Below the pieces are notes generated by a model. That model did not search any database. It was given only the letters and a program-made list of their open reading frames with translations, and had not been told where the DNA came from. Both the position numbers and the translations under genes were made by a program. DNA of 64,000 nt from Nitrosopumilus sp. (GTDB taxonomy: Archaea > Thermoproteota > Nitrososphaeria > Nitrososphaerales > Nitrosopumilaceae): contig OZ241857.1 of NCBI GenBank assembly GCA_965203315.1, forward strand, positions 256,001-320,000, given 5' to 3'. This document shows, one piece after another, positions 22,899 to 33,511 of the stretch. Position 1 is the stretch's first letter; every line of letters begins with the position of its first letter.

Positions 22899-23582
22899 AC
22901 TCGTATCGATCGAGTCTTGAAATATCTTGTATAATGTCGCTTCATCTAATTTTGGTATGACTGGAATTGTCCCCAAGATTGGTAGAGACGTAATGTCTCG
23001 TAGATCGTCTGCAAGTGATTTTGGTTCATAACCGTCAGAGTCTATGGCGTTTATTATTATGCCACAGATAGGTATTTCATGCGTTCTACACATCTCTACT
23101 GTCAATAGTGTGTGGTTTATTGTACCGACTCTGTTTCGAGTTACAATTACTGTTCGTATGCCCATCTGTTTTATCATGTTGTATACAAAGTAATCTCTAG
23201 TTATGGGTGTCATTATTCCACCAATCCCTTCAACCAAAATCATATCATGACGATTACATAACTGCGTAAAGGACGAGATTACTAAATTCATGTCTGGCTG
23301 TACTCTTGACGACTTTGCAGCAGTGTACGGTGAGGCTGGCAATTGATAGTGTTGTGGATTTATTAAACTTTGTGGATCATTACAATGTGCAGCTCTGATC
23401 AATATGTTTACATCTGTCAAGTCTGGATTGGACGAATTTGTACCTGTAGCAAATGGCTTCATTACCCCAACATCTATGTCTTGTTTGTGCAGCAGCGTGG
23501 CCAATCCGGCTGTTATGCAAGTCTTGCCTACATCAGTATCTGTCCCGGTAATGAATAGTGACTCCACAGTTTGATATCTCAT
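22890..23582 (-). CDS. bioD: Dethiobiotin synthetase
   Basis: FITGTDTDVGKT; MKP; VEGIGG; GTINHTLLT. Confidence 0.95.
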   Translation of the reverse strand: MRYQTVESLFITGTDTDVGKTCITAGLATLLHKQDIDVGVMKPFATGTNSSNPDLTDVNILIRAAHCNDPQSLINPQHYQLPASPYTAAKSSRVQPDMNLVISSFTQLCNRHDMILVEGIGGIMTPITRDYFVYNMIKQMGIRTVIVTRNRVGTINHTLLTVEMCRTHEIPICGIIINAIDSDGYEPKSLADDLRDITSLPILGTIPVIPKLDEATLYKIFQDSIDTSLL

Positions 23583-23670
23583 ATGACATTATAAAAGTAG
23601 CAAGTACCTTACATGTCATCCTTTTATCGATCTCTTTGATTTATCTATTGGATGGTCTTGTTGCATGAAT

Positions 23671-23844
23671 GGTTCTGTTCACTTGACGGGGTTGAGATCG
23701 TTATGCTGTTATCTCAAAGAACGTACACAGTGACTCAAAACAGCAGCAATTTACGATAACCAATGTGACGCCGTTTCCATATTTTGCAAAATTTTTCGAG
23801 AATTTTGTGCAGAAAACGCCAACCCCAGTAAATTAAACAGAACC
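23671..23844. mobile_element. MITE family A, copy 2
   Basis: GGTTCTGTTCACTTGACGGGG...AAACAGAACC. Confidence 0.85.
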
Positions 23845-24035
23845 ACAAATAACATGTTAAAAAAAGTCATATGGAGTAATCAAAAATCATACCCGGATAA
23901 TTCACCACCGGGTTCGTTTATTTATCCAGGATGCAGAGAGAGTCAACACACGCGTGGGAAACAGCAGGCGACAGTGTCAGTACAGAAACATATCTGAAAC
24001 CCATAATAACAGTTAGTGGTTGATTCTTTTTAACT

Positions 24036-24491
24036 TTGAAACAGATACAAATTGCGTCATACTTGGTACTAGTATTGTTTGCTATTGGTTTTCAGACAGG
24101 TGTATCTGAAACAAAACTTCAAATTGATTGTACAAACAAGTTAACTTTATCATCGTCTCATCAATGCATGCAATCTAAACCAATGTTGTTTATTCATAGT
24201 CAACAACAATGTTATATTCCTCAAGAAAATGATGCGGAACACAATGTTGCGACATTTACTCTTGACTCATTTCCATTTATGCAATGCGATCCTAATACTG
24301 GAAGATGGACAATTAATCTCTACTCGTTTTCATTTTTATTCTATCTTTTTTATTTAGTTGTAATTGCTGTGCTCATCTTAATCGGACTTATAATATTTAT
24401 CCGCATAAAAAAATGCGTACAAGACACTAGTGTCACAAATCCAAAGACTCGTACGAGAAGCAACAGTATTAGACTGTATGCGTATTATTAA
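24036..24491 (+). CDS. Hypothetical membrane protein
   Basis: Signal-like N-terminus, Cys-containing ectodomain, C-terminal TM followed by basic residues. Confidence 0.5.
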   Translation: MKQIQIASYLVLVLFAIGFQTGVSETKLQIDCTNKLTLSSSHQCMQSKPMLFIHSQQQCYIPQENDAEHNVATFTLDSFPFMQCDPNTGRWTINLYSFSFLFYLFYLVVIAVLILIGLIIFIRIKKCVQDTSVTNPKTRTRSNSIRLYAYY

Positions 24492-24993
24492 GAGTGCTCA
24501 TGCCCAATCATCAAACATGATAACAATGAATCAATTTGCCTCTAGAAATCACACATGTGTTTTATTGTACCTTAAAACGTGAGTATGATGTAAGAAATAC
24601 GCATACAGTCTAAAGTATTTTTCATGTGTTCAAAATCAAGCGATTTGTATCCCAAATGCGTGAATTTATAGATGTCCAATTCTCATTCACCGGACCACTC
24701 ACTATGGCCAAACACATACAAGAACAAATAGGAAAACAACTGTTCGAGACTATGGAGATCAATGTGTGATTTTTAGCTGTATGATGCAATGCGGACATGT
24801 ATTCAGTAAACTATATGATCTCGGATTTGTCTATTTGGTGCATGTTTAGTATGTGTTCGAGACTAGAGGTAGATGATCGTCAAATCTTATATTGTTAGAC
24901 TATGTGTCATATAGTAACGACTGGATATCACATATTGCCGAATTTGAGGATCGTTTCACTATTGTTATATTTGGATATCTATCAAGATAACAC

Positions 24994-25965
24994 ATGCATG
25001 AATTTATCACTAGATGTAAAGAGGACGTACTTGCAGGTATTGGAATAACAACTCTGGATGCAGCCAAACTGTTCAATGTACCAGATGACGAACTAGCATA
25101 CTTGTCTCAATGTGCAGACGAGATAACCCGAGAGATAAATGGTAAGCAGATCGATATGGAACAGCTTGCAAACATCAAAAAGAACGCATGTAGCGAAGAC
25201 TGTACATTTTGTAGCCAGTCTGCATTCTTTGATACTGGCATCGAGACATATCAACTACCAGAACCATCAGAGATAGTAGCAAGTGCCAGCAGGGCAAAAA
25301 AAGATGGTGCAGACTCGTACTGTTTGGTTGCAGCGTGGCGAGCTCCATCAGAGGCTGACTTTGTCAAAGTATGTGATATTATAGATGCGATAAATCACAA
25401 AGTAGGAATAAACATAGAATGCAGTCTTGGATTCTTAAATAAAGATCAAGCTAGACGATTAAAGGCTCTTGGTGTAAAGAGATACAATCACAATTTAGAG
25501 ACATCTAGATCAAAGTTCCCAGAGATTTGCACAACTCACACTTTTGACGATAGGCTAGACACGTTGTACACTGCAAGAGCTGCAGGTTTAGAGCTATGCA
25601 CTGGTGGAATAATTGGACTAGGTGAGACTCGTGATCAACGACTCGAATTAATACTAGATGTAGCTAGATTGTTTCCAGAAGAAGTCACAATAAACATACT
25701 GGTTCCTGTACAAGGCACACCATTAGAATTACAGCACGAAATCCCAAACTCTGAGATACTTCGTGTATTTGCGGTTACACGCTTTTTGTTACCTGAATCT
25801 GTAATCAAGATATCTGGTGGTCGTGAAAGAATGCTGATCGATTCTGGTGAACAACTTCTTAGAGGTGGAGCAAACGGAATAATTACAGAAGGATACCTCA
25901 CCATGAGTGGAAACAAGTTCCAAGACGACTTGGAAATGATAGGGCGCATTGGACTCGAGACATAG
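24994..25965 (+). CDS. bioB: Biotin synthase
   Basis: CSEDCTFCSQS radical SAM motif; YNHNLET; CTGGIIGLGE. Confidence 0.96.
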   Translation: MHEFITRCKEDVLAGIGITTLDAAKLFNVPDDELAYLSQCADEITREINGKQIDMEQLANIKKNACSEDCTFCSQSAFFDTGIETYQLPEPSEIVASASRAKKDGADSYCLVAAWRAPSEADFVKVCDIIDAINHKVGINIECSLGFLNKDQARRLKALGVKRYNHNLETSRSKFPEICTTHTFDDRLDTLYTARAAGLELCTGGIIGLGETRDQRLELILDVARLFPEEVTINILVPVQGTPLELQHEIPNSEILRVFAVTRFLLPESVIKISGGRERMLIDSGEQLLRGGANGIITEGYLTMSGNKFQDDLEMIGRIGLET

Positions 25966-27070
25966 ATTCGTTCGAGATGAACTAGATAGATTGTCAACTG
26001 CTGGACTATACAGGCAGCTCAAATATGGTACAATCGATGGCAGTTTTATCAAGGTAGGAGATAGTTCTCTCATAAACTTGGGTAGTAATGACTATCTTGG
26101 CATGCCTCCAACTAGTATCACTCCAAGTCAGTTACAATCTAGCTCACGTCTAATCTCTGGCAATGATAACTCTTATCGTACACTTGAGAGTATGCTGTCG
26201 AGGCACAAGTCCAAACAAGCTAGTCTTGTATATCCAACTGGATACATGGCAAATATTGGCGTGATATCTACCTTGGCAAGTAAAGGCGATCTAATCGTCA
26301 GTGACGAATTAAACCATTCAAGTATAATAGATGCATGTAGGTTATCTGGGGCAGATATCGCAGTATATGCACATAATGACATGTCTGATCTCGCATTAAA
26401 ACTCAAAAGAGATGGGCGACGCAAGTTTGTGATATCTGAAGGTATATTCAGTATGGATGGAGATTATGTAAATCTAACAGAACTAGTCGAGATAGCAAAA
26501 CATGCTGGAGCTATCACGATACTCGATGATGCACACGGTGACTTTGTTGTAGGTCGTGGTGGTAGAGGTACGATGCACAAGTTTGGTGCTGTGCGGGATA
26601 TTGATGTGTACACAAGCAGTCTCAGTAAAGGACTAGGATCCTTTGGAGGCTATATTGCAACAACTCGTGATGTTGTAGATTTATGTATAAACCGTTCAAG
26701 ATCATTCATCTATACCTCTGCACTCCCTAGTTTACTAGTCCAACATGCACAGATGCGATTGAAGATGGATCATACCAAATATCGAACCAATCTACACAAG
26801 AACACGAGGCGACTGAGGCGAGGACTAGAACTAGCTGGATACGATATACGATCCAAGACGCATATAATTCCAATAATTATTGGTAATGAGCAACATGCTA
26901 TGGATCTTGGAACATGGTTGTACAATCGTGGTCTATTTGTGCAACCTATACGATATCCTACTGTTCCACGTGGTGCTGCAAGGCTACGTCTCTCAGTCAC
27001 CGGATGGCTAGATGCTGCAACGATCGATAAGGCGATCTCTATATTTGAAGAGATGTATGCGATGATTTAG
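25949..27070 (+). CDS. bioF: 8-amino-7-oxononanoate synthase
   Basis: SNDYLG; DELNHSSIID; FSMDGD; DDAHG; SLSKGLG. Confidence 0.93.
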   Translation: MDSRHRFVRDELDRLSTAGLYRQLKYGTIDGSFIKVGDSSLINLGSNDYLGMPPTSITPSQLQSSSRLISGNDNSYRTLESMLSRHKSKQASLVYPTGYMANIGVISTLASKGDLIVSDELNHSSIIDACRLSGADIAVYAHNDMSDLALKLKRDGRRKFVISEGIFSMDGDYVNLTELVEIAKHAGAITILDDAHGDFVVGRGGRGTMHKFGAVRDIDVYTSSLSKGLGSFGGYIATTRDVVDLCINRSRSFIYTSALPSLLVQHAQMRLKMDHTKYRTNLHKNTRRLRRGLELAGYDIRSKTHIIPIIIGNEQHAMDLGTWLYNRGLFVQPIRYPTVPRGAARLRLSVTGWLDAATIDKAISIFEEMYAMI

Positions 27071-27171
27071 CGCAGTGCGTCAAATCCACCAATTGCAGGC
27101 GATCCTACAATTACTGCAAATGTTACCAAGATCCCTAATACTATGCCAACTATGACAAACCGTTTGTTCAT
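27067..27171 (-). CDS. 34-aa single-TM small protein (below the ORF track cutoff)
   Basis: MNKRFVIVGIVLGILVTFAVIVGSPAIGGFDALR; TTTTTTAAT ~25 bp upstream. Confidence 0.6.
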   Translation of the reverse strand: MNKRFVIVGIVLGILVTFAVIVGSPAIGGFDALR

Positions 27172-27381
27172 GTATACCTAGATGGACACTCGATTAAAAA
27201 AGCATTGCACACTAGTTTGTAATTTGTCTCTTCCCCTAAAATGGAAACATGTTGTGACTTGCGTCATCTTTAGATATCTATGTGTAACAATCACGTATGT
27301 TGTATTTTATGACTGGTCATCTATGTTGGGCTGACATTTGTATCAATCTAGATTTATATAAACAGAAATTTATATAACCAC

Positions 27382-27774
27382 ATGACTAGTATTCTCTTTG
27401 TCTGTGTAGAGAATGCAGGTCGTAGCCAAATGGCAGAAGCATTCTTTCGTAAACATGCTCCCGAGTTTGATGTGTCTAGCGCTGGAACTGTTCCGTCCAA
27501 TCAAATCAATCCTGTCGTTGTACAGGTAATGGGCGAGTTGGGAATAGACCTAGATGGTAAACCAAAAGTCATATCTAATCTGATGATCAACAACTCGGAT
27601 CGTATTGTAAATATGGGTTGTATGGACAAAGAGATATGCCCTGCACTATTTGTAAATGATGTATTGGATTGGAATATGCCTGATCCAAAAGAGAGACCGA
27701 TAGATGAGGTCAGAGATATTCGCGATCAAATACAAATCAAAGTGTTGGATCTGATCAAATCTATCAAGGAATGA
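27382..27774 (+). CDS. arsC: Arsenate reductase (LMW-PTP fold)
   Basis: FVCVENAGRSQMAE; SAGT; MGC...CP; W.MPDP. Confidence 0.88.
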   Translation: MTSILFVCVENAGRSQMAEAFFRKHAPEFDVSSAGTVPSNQINPVVVQVMGELGIDLDGKPKVISNLMINNSDRIVNMGCMDKEICPALFVNDVLDWNMPDPKERPIDEVRDIRDQIQIKVLDLIKSIKE

Positions 27775-27780
27775 ACTGGT

Positions 27781-28440
27781 TTGGTATACTCGAATTGGCA
27801 GATATTTCTTGTCGAGCTGATGGGAACATATATTCTAGTCGTCTTTGCAACTGGTTCAATAGTATATGATTGGCGAGAGTTTGACGGCCAACTTGGAATT
27901 CCATTTGCTGCAGTAGCTCCTTTTGTGGCACTATTGTTTGGTGTCTATCTGTTTAGCAAGATATCTCTTGCACATTTCAATCCTGCTGTAACTATTGCGT
28001 ATTATATCACCGGACACACATCAAAGAGGCAGTTACCTTATTACTTTGCAGCAGAGATAATTGGCGCAATATTGGGCTCAGTATCGGTATTGTATCTTGT
28101 AGGTGATTATGCAGATCTTGGCTCAAATGCACCCCGTCTAGATTACTCTATGTTTGTTGTATTTCCGGTTGAAGTACTAGCATCTGCTATGTTGATGTCT
28201 GTTATACTCTATGTGGTGTATACTGGTGGCTTGCGTGGATTTAGTGGCGTGGCGATTGGTGGCATGGTTGGGCTAGATATCCTATTTCTCTCATCCATAT
28301 CTGGCGCATCAATGAATCCTGCTCGTGCACTCGGACCTGCACTTGTATCTAGTACGTTTGAACATTTGTGGTTGTACTGGACTGCACCATTTGTTGGAAC
28401 TGTTATTGTCGCATTAATATCTCGTTCCAAATTCAAATGA
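27781..28440 (+). CDS. MIP family aquaporin (probable arsenite channel)
   Basis: Two NPA motifs (HFNPAVT, SMNPAR); adjacent to arsC. Confidence 0.9.
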   Translation: MVYSNWQIFLVELMGTYILVVFATGSIVYDWREFDGQLGIPFAAVAPFVALLFGVYLFSKISLAHFNPAVTIAYYITGHTSKRQLPYYFAAEIIGAILGSVSVLYLVGDYADLGSNAPRLDYSMFVVFPVEVLASAMLMSVILYVVYTGGLRGFSGVAIGGMVGLDILFLSSISGASMNPARALGPALVSSTFEHLWLYWTAPFVGTVIVALISRSKFK

Positions 28441-28563
28441 ACAGTCGTGCTAATGGTAGCGTAAATGTTCACATCAATGGATATTTTCAGTTTACGTGGA
28501 GAAGAGCGGTTATGGAAAAAACACCACAAGATTTTACAAATAAATCTGGCGATTAGATACATG

Positions 28564-28678
28564 GGATATTCGATTTACATGAGATGAGATTTCGCAAGAC
28601 TTTTTCCATATTTTCCCTTATCGGATCTTGTAGTGCTTTTTCTATAACCGTTCTATCTCACACAAGCCAAAGAGATCC
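28564..28678. mobile_element. MITE family B copy (a partial inverted copy lies at ~28479-28540)
   Basis: GGATATTCGATTTACATGAGATG...CCAAAGAGATCC; aligns to 39226-39339. Confidence 0.7.
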
Positions 28679-28718
28679 AGACGCACAAGTCTATATGTGT
28701 ACTAGATTCCATATTCTT

Positions 28719-29345
28719 GTGAAAGATATCAAGGATATGTTTAATGACCATCAGACTGTATCCAAGATTCAGTCAAAATTACCAACGTTGTTCAAATTAG
28801 CCGAACTCGAATCCACACGAGGTGGAAAGATAGGTATGGAAGTAGGAACGATCAGAGAGCGAATACTGATCTCATTGTTACGATATTACTTTGGCAAGAA
28901 TGATGTAAATATCAATATCCCGATAACAGATAAAGAGACAGATGTGATCGTTTTAGGAACTCCGATATCTATCAAGACAAAGACAAAGAGTCTGTCTGGA
29001 GTAAAGATAGTTTGGACAGTAGATTGGGAGATGTCTGAAAAATTTATCAAAGCCTACAAACCATCAACTGCTATATTATTTGCTTTAATCGATTGGAATA
29101 AAGAGATCGATGGACTGTTATTTATTCCTCTAGACGTTCAACAACAGATGTTTGATGAGATGAAACTCGATTACTTTAAAGGAATAAAGCATGGAACAAA
29201 TCCTAGAGGCGTAGAATTCTCCCAAGATGCTATGCAACGTATGATTTGTCATAGTAACACACCATCCATCAAAATTAAATGGGAATATAATGAAATAGAG
29301 TTTGACATTTATGAAAAATGGGATCAATATTGGAATGAAGATTAG
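28719..29345 (+). CDS. ThaI-family type II restriction endonuclease
   Basis: LPTLFKLAELESTRGGKIGMEVGTIRERILI...TDVIV...ISIKT; the longer N-terminus in the ORF track is read-through from the MITE. Confidence 0.8.
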   Translation: MKDIKDMFNDHQTVSKIQSKLPTLFKLAELESTRGGKIGMEVGTIRERILISLLRYYFGKNDVNINIPITDKETDVIVLGTPISIKTKTKSLSGVKIVWTVDWEMSEKFIKAYKPSTAILFALIDWNKEIDGLLFIPLDVQQQMFDEMKLDYFKGIKHGTNPRGVEFSQDAMQRMICHSNTPSIKIKWEYNEIEFDIYEKWDQYWNED

Positions 29346-30247
29346 AGTATAGTGTTTGTAGATTTTATTCTATCCTTGGCGATCTGTACATATCCTTTAT
29401 TGTTATCTATCATTAAGAATTTACGTTTTGACTGTATGGCTGCAACAGCTGATGTGCCTGATCCACAAAATGGATCAAATATTATATCGCCCTCAAACGT
29501 ATACAATTGAATACAACGATATGGTAACTCTACTGGAAAAGGAGCTGGATGTTGTACGCGTTTTGCACTCTCTGGATTGAACTGCCAAACACTCTTTGTA
29601 TATTCTAGAAATTGATCTCTTGATATGGTACTCTTTTGTGCTCTACGACCAAAATCACCTTTACTGAATACAAGAATATACTCGTGTACATCACGAAGTG
29701 TTGGATTTGATGCCGACTTCCAACTTCCCCAAGCAGTCGATGATCCTGCCCCTGCTCCCTTGGTCCAGATTATCTCCCCACGCATTTGAAACTTGTTCTT
29801 TAACATGGAATCTATGATAAATGTGTGATATGGAATGTAGGGCTTTCTTCCAACATTTGCTATATTGATACATGCTCTACCGCCATTCACTAGCAGTCTA
29901 TAAGTCTCTGCAAATACCTCGTCCAACATGCCAATATACTCATCTAGACTCTGATCGATATCATAGTCTTTACCAACGTTGTATGGTGGTGATGTGACCA
30001 TCAAATGTACGCTAGAGTCAGGTATACCTTTGAGATTACGACTATCTTTGCATAGTATCTTGTTTGTGTATCGACCTAGATCATTCTGTTGATCATTTGT
30101 AGTAGCAGATTGTACATCAAATAACTTTCTAGCATAAAATTGTGTAGAGTCATGATTTATTCTAGATGTACCACCAAATCCTTTCATGGCAGTACCGTCT
30201 CTTGATCTAGATTTACTAGAATGCCTCTTTATCTCTGTCTGTGACAT
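29342..30247 (-). CDS. N4-cytosine/N6-adenine DNA methyltransferase, beta class
   Basis: TSPPY precedes DPFCGSG; HPAPFP; convergent with the REase. Confidence 0.92.
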   Translation of the reverse strand: MSQTEIKRHSSKSRSRDGTAMKGFGGTSRINHDSTQFYARKLFDVQSATTNDQQNDLGRYTNKILCKDSRNLKGIPDSSVHLMVTSPPYNVGKDYDIDQSLDEYIGMLDEVFAETYRLLVNGGRACINIANVGRKPYIPYHTFIIDSMLKNKFQMRGEIIWTKGAGAGSSTAWGSWKSASNPTLRDVHEYILVFSKGDFGRRAQKSTISRDQFLEYTKSVWQFNPESAKRVQHPAPFPVELPYRCIQLYTFEGDIIFDPFCGSGTSAVAAIQSKRKFLMIDNNKGYVQIAKDRIKSTNTIL

Positions 30248-30325
30248 AGATAAATTAAAACTCCATCATGTTTTAAACGTTGATCTATCTGTATATCTGA
30301 ACGCATTTCTGTTATTGCGGAATTT

Positions 30326-30439
30326 GATCTATTCGATTTACATCGGATAGCACTTGGCAAAACCGTTTTCATATTTTCCCCATAGAATCTTGCAGTACTT
30401 TTTCTGTAACCATCCCTCCCGTGTAAACCGAAAAGATTC
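30326..30439. mobile_element. MITE family B copy
   Basis: GATCTATTCGATTTACATCGGAT...GTAAACCGAAAAGATTC. Confidence 0.7.
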
Positions 30440-30589
30440 TTCACATGGATAAGAGAGCCGCCTAGTCATCATCAGATTGTTTTGATTCATCTTTTGCATT
30501 GAGTGACTTTTTCAAATAACCGCTAACTTTTGTTGGTTCAGGAAAATCTACTTCATCCATACTGTTACATTAGATTGCTAAAGTTATTA

Positions 30590-31107
30590 ATGTTTACGTT
30601 TGCCCCTATTTCTATGGATACGACATTTCTTGAGGAGTTGAGACAGCAGTTTGATCGACACTGTGCATCGTCTGACAATCTAACGAAAAAGGCAACAAAT
30701 GTAATGACAATCGCAGGAATTATTTTAGCCATATTCATTGGATTCTCTATACCTACATTAGGCCAAGACGGTAGTTCCATATATTGGCATGTGGGCGTTT
30801 TATCTAGTACTGTGTCACTATTTATAACAATTTTATTATGCATGTGGTTAAACAGTCCTGAATCACTAAAAGTCCCATTCTTGGGAGAGGAGCTAGGAAA
30901 AAAGGAAAATCAGAATTTGAAGGATGGTTAAACATGTCCTATAATTATTATCGATTTTTATGCAAGGAGTACATTAATTGCTTGAGAGATGCAGAATCAA
31001 AGATTGACTCTAAATCTACGCAACTAAATCGTTCAATATTATTTTTTGTGGCAGGAATTATTGCTTTGCCTCTCTCTGTAGTATTAGGGGTTCTTTTAAC
31101 TTATTGA
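30590..31107 (+). pseudogene. Frameshifted 3-TM protein resembling Pycsar-type (DUF5706) membrane effectors
   Basis: LTKKATNVMTIAGIILA...; continues in another frame as EGWLNMSY...KSTQLNRSILFFVAGIIAL after an A-rich run near 30900. Confidence 0.5.
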
Positions 31108-31126
31108 GGGCGGTAGTAAATTGACA

Positions 31127-31299
31127 GGTTCTGTTCAATTGGCGGGGGTTGAGATCATGATGACGTTATTTCAAAGAACACACAATATGTGACTCAAAAC
31201 AGCAGATTTACGATAGTTGATATGAGATCGTTTCCGTATCTTGCAAAGTTTCGAGAATTTTGGACAGAAAATGCCAACTCTCGTCAAATGAACAGAACC
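31127..31299. mobile_element. MITE family A, copy 3 (preceded by a family C left end at ~31089, followed by a family B end at 31321-31346)
   Basis: GGTTCTGTTCAATTGGCGGGGG...CGTCAAATGAACAGAACC. Confidence 0.85.
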
Positions 31300-31346
31300 T
31301 AGAAAAAGCTTTGCAAAGTACCATTCCACGTAAACCAAAGAGATCC

Positions 31347-31704
31347 TAAGGTACGTGTAGGTATTGTACTACACAGCTAAAACTCTGCTTGAATTAACAA
31401 TCAAGTAAAAAAGGGCGGCATGATGTACGTCTACAAGTAGAAGGGATATGACACACTGGTCTTTCACGGATATGAATTAGAATTAGTTAATCATCAAAAG
31501 ATCCTTACAAAAGGCAATGTACATATCAGCGGAATGGGTGGGTTTTATGGATTTGCAAAATTGAACTTGGCAAAGTATCGAGGTGTGAGATCAAAAAAGT
31601 TTCTGCCATGTCTCATAGATGGCGTGGCGATACAATAATCGAAACTGCGAATTGTGTGATTTGTTGCTTCAATGCACGTTGGGGGACGTACATCACTAAT
31701 CGTC
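31347..31704 (+). pseudogene. IS1595-family transposase relic
   Basis: KKGGMMYVYK*KGYDTLVFHGY...GNVHISGMGGFYGFAKLNLAKYRGV...WRYNNR; homologous to 731-930, including the TAATCG(T/C)C end. Confidence 0.8.
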
Positions 31705-31725
31705 TTGATTTAACATTTCATGGCG

Positions 31726-32076
31726 TCATCTTTTATGTACTTCACAATAATCCGTCAATCCTTCCTTATCCATCTTTTCATCGTGTTTTGCTAGGATCTC
31801 TTGTCCTATTTGGACCAAATCTCTTAAACATCTTTCACAGATATCTTTCCCTTTGATGTGTTCGTCCATTTCTGGATCTCCCAACCTCATGTGAAATACA
31901 TGTTTAAACTTTGATAATAGAAAGCACACATTACATCTGATTCGTCCATCATACAGATCTTCGTCTTCTTCATGTGTCCCCCAATCATCAGGCCATGGAT
32001 ATATTCTAACCATACAGGGTTCAGTCATTGTATTGTCAAATGTGGGTTGGTTATTAAATTCATCTACAAGACACAT
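31726..32076 (-). CDS. Hypothetical protein with two CxxC motifs
   Basis: CNVC and CERC; acidic stretch. Confidence 0.5.
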   Translation of the reverse strand: MCLVDEFNNQPTFDNTMTEPCMVRIYPWPDDWGTHEEDEDLYDGRIRCNVCFLLSKFKHVFHMRLGDPEMDEHIKGKDICERCLRDLVQIGQEILAKHDEKMDKEGLTDYCEVHKR

Positions 32077-32117
32077 ATGGTATTATTTGTACCATCTTGA
32101 TTGTATTGTACCTAAAC

Positions 32118-33453
32118 ATATGTGAAGAAGCCGATCAGAGTACATTCAGATGATAGAAGGTATGTGAGTCGATCCAAGCGATCACCTGTAAAGCGATCTA
32201 AAAGAGAAAATGCAAACGAACAGATTACCCATCTAAAAAGGAAAAACAAGATGATCTATGTTGGAATAGATGCACACAAGAGATTTCTGCAAATTGCAGC
32301 AATGGATCAGGATGGCAAACGTCTACTCAATGAGCGTGTTGCTACAGATCATGGCAGTCTCAAAAAATTCTTTGCACAATTTACACCACTCAATACACGT
32401 TGTGTGATGGAGTCATCGTCAGTATGGTATTGGCTGTATAGATACTTGACAGATGAATTGGGATTTGATGTAGTACTATCGAATCCATATCAAACAAAGG
32501 CTATTGCCGAATCAAAGAAAAAGACAGACAAGGTGGATGCATGGACACTGGCAGATCTTTTAAGAGGAGATTATATCTCGCCTTGTTTTGTTCCTAGTGA
32601 ATACACTGTTAAATTAAAACAGCTGGTTCGACATAGAGATGTAATTGTAAAGAGTAGAACAAAATACAAGAATCTCATACATGGGATATTACTGCAATAT
32701 GGAATTAAAATACATGGTTCAAGTTTTAGTAAGTCATTTAGAGAGGAATTGAAGAAACTTGAGGATTATAGAATAGACAACTATCTAGATATGATAACTT
32801 GCCATGAGGAAATGATTAGACAGTTGGATATTAAAATGCGGGAGGAAGTAAAGAAATCACAAGATGCACAACTGTTAAAGACAATTCCAGGAGTTGGAAA
32901 CTTTGTTGCACTTGTTGTAATATCTAGTATTGGAGATGTCAAGAGATTCCCAACTGTTCGTAAGATATGTTCGTATGCAGGAATAGTACCATCTGTTCGT
33001 AATTCAGCTGGTAAACAAAATCATGGACATATAACGAGGAAAGGTGATAAAATGCTTAGATGGGCATTGACCGAAGCAGTTCATGTACACATAAAATGTG
33101 AGCCCCATAGTTACATTACAAAATTTCATAACAGAATTAAAAAGAGACGCGCGGTAAGCAAAGCAACTGTTGCAACTGCCTCCAAACTACTACGATTGAT
33201 GTACCATATGCTTATAGATAGGGATGATTATGTCACACATTGTAGTCGAAATCATTAACGTACGGAAGATATTTGAGATATCACTCGGCGACCTAAATGT
33301 ACAGATTTTGACGAATGGACGAAGAATGATAGTGAGTTAACCACTCGAATGGATATATGTTCGCAGTCCTTTACATGGGAACACATCCCTAGCGTATGCT
33401 ATGCACAATAGTCGTGAATCAGAGTAAATCTTTATAAGCTATTCACATGGATA
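32118..33453 (+). mobile_element. IS110 family element (IS1111-like); transposase 32251-33258; boundaries approximate
   Basis: YVGIDAHK, VMES, KTDKVDA, TIPGVG, YAGIVPSVRNSAG; subterminal IR ATGTGAA(G)AAGC at 32120 and GCTATTCACAT at 33438. Confidence 0.88.
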
Positions 33454-33511
33454 ATATCTTACCAGAATCTCAAAACCATATTTTTATAGTATGATATACT
33501 GAATTAGATAC

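Noticed and set aside
23850-24000. GC-richer stretch after MITE A copy 2 as an ncRNA or small ORF
   Set aside because: No convincing structure, second copy or protein motif
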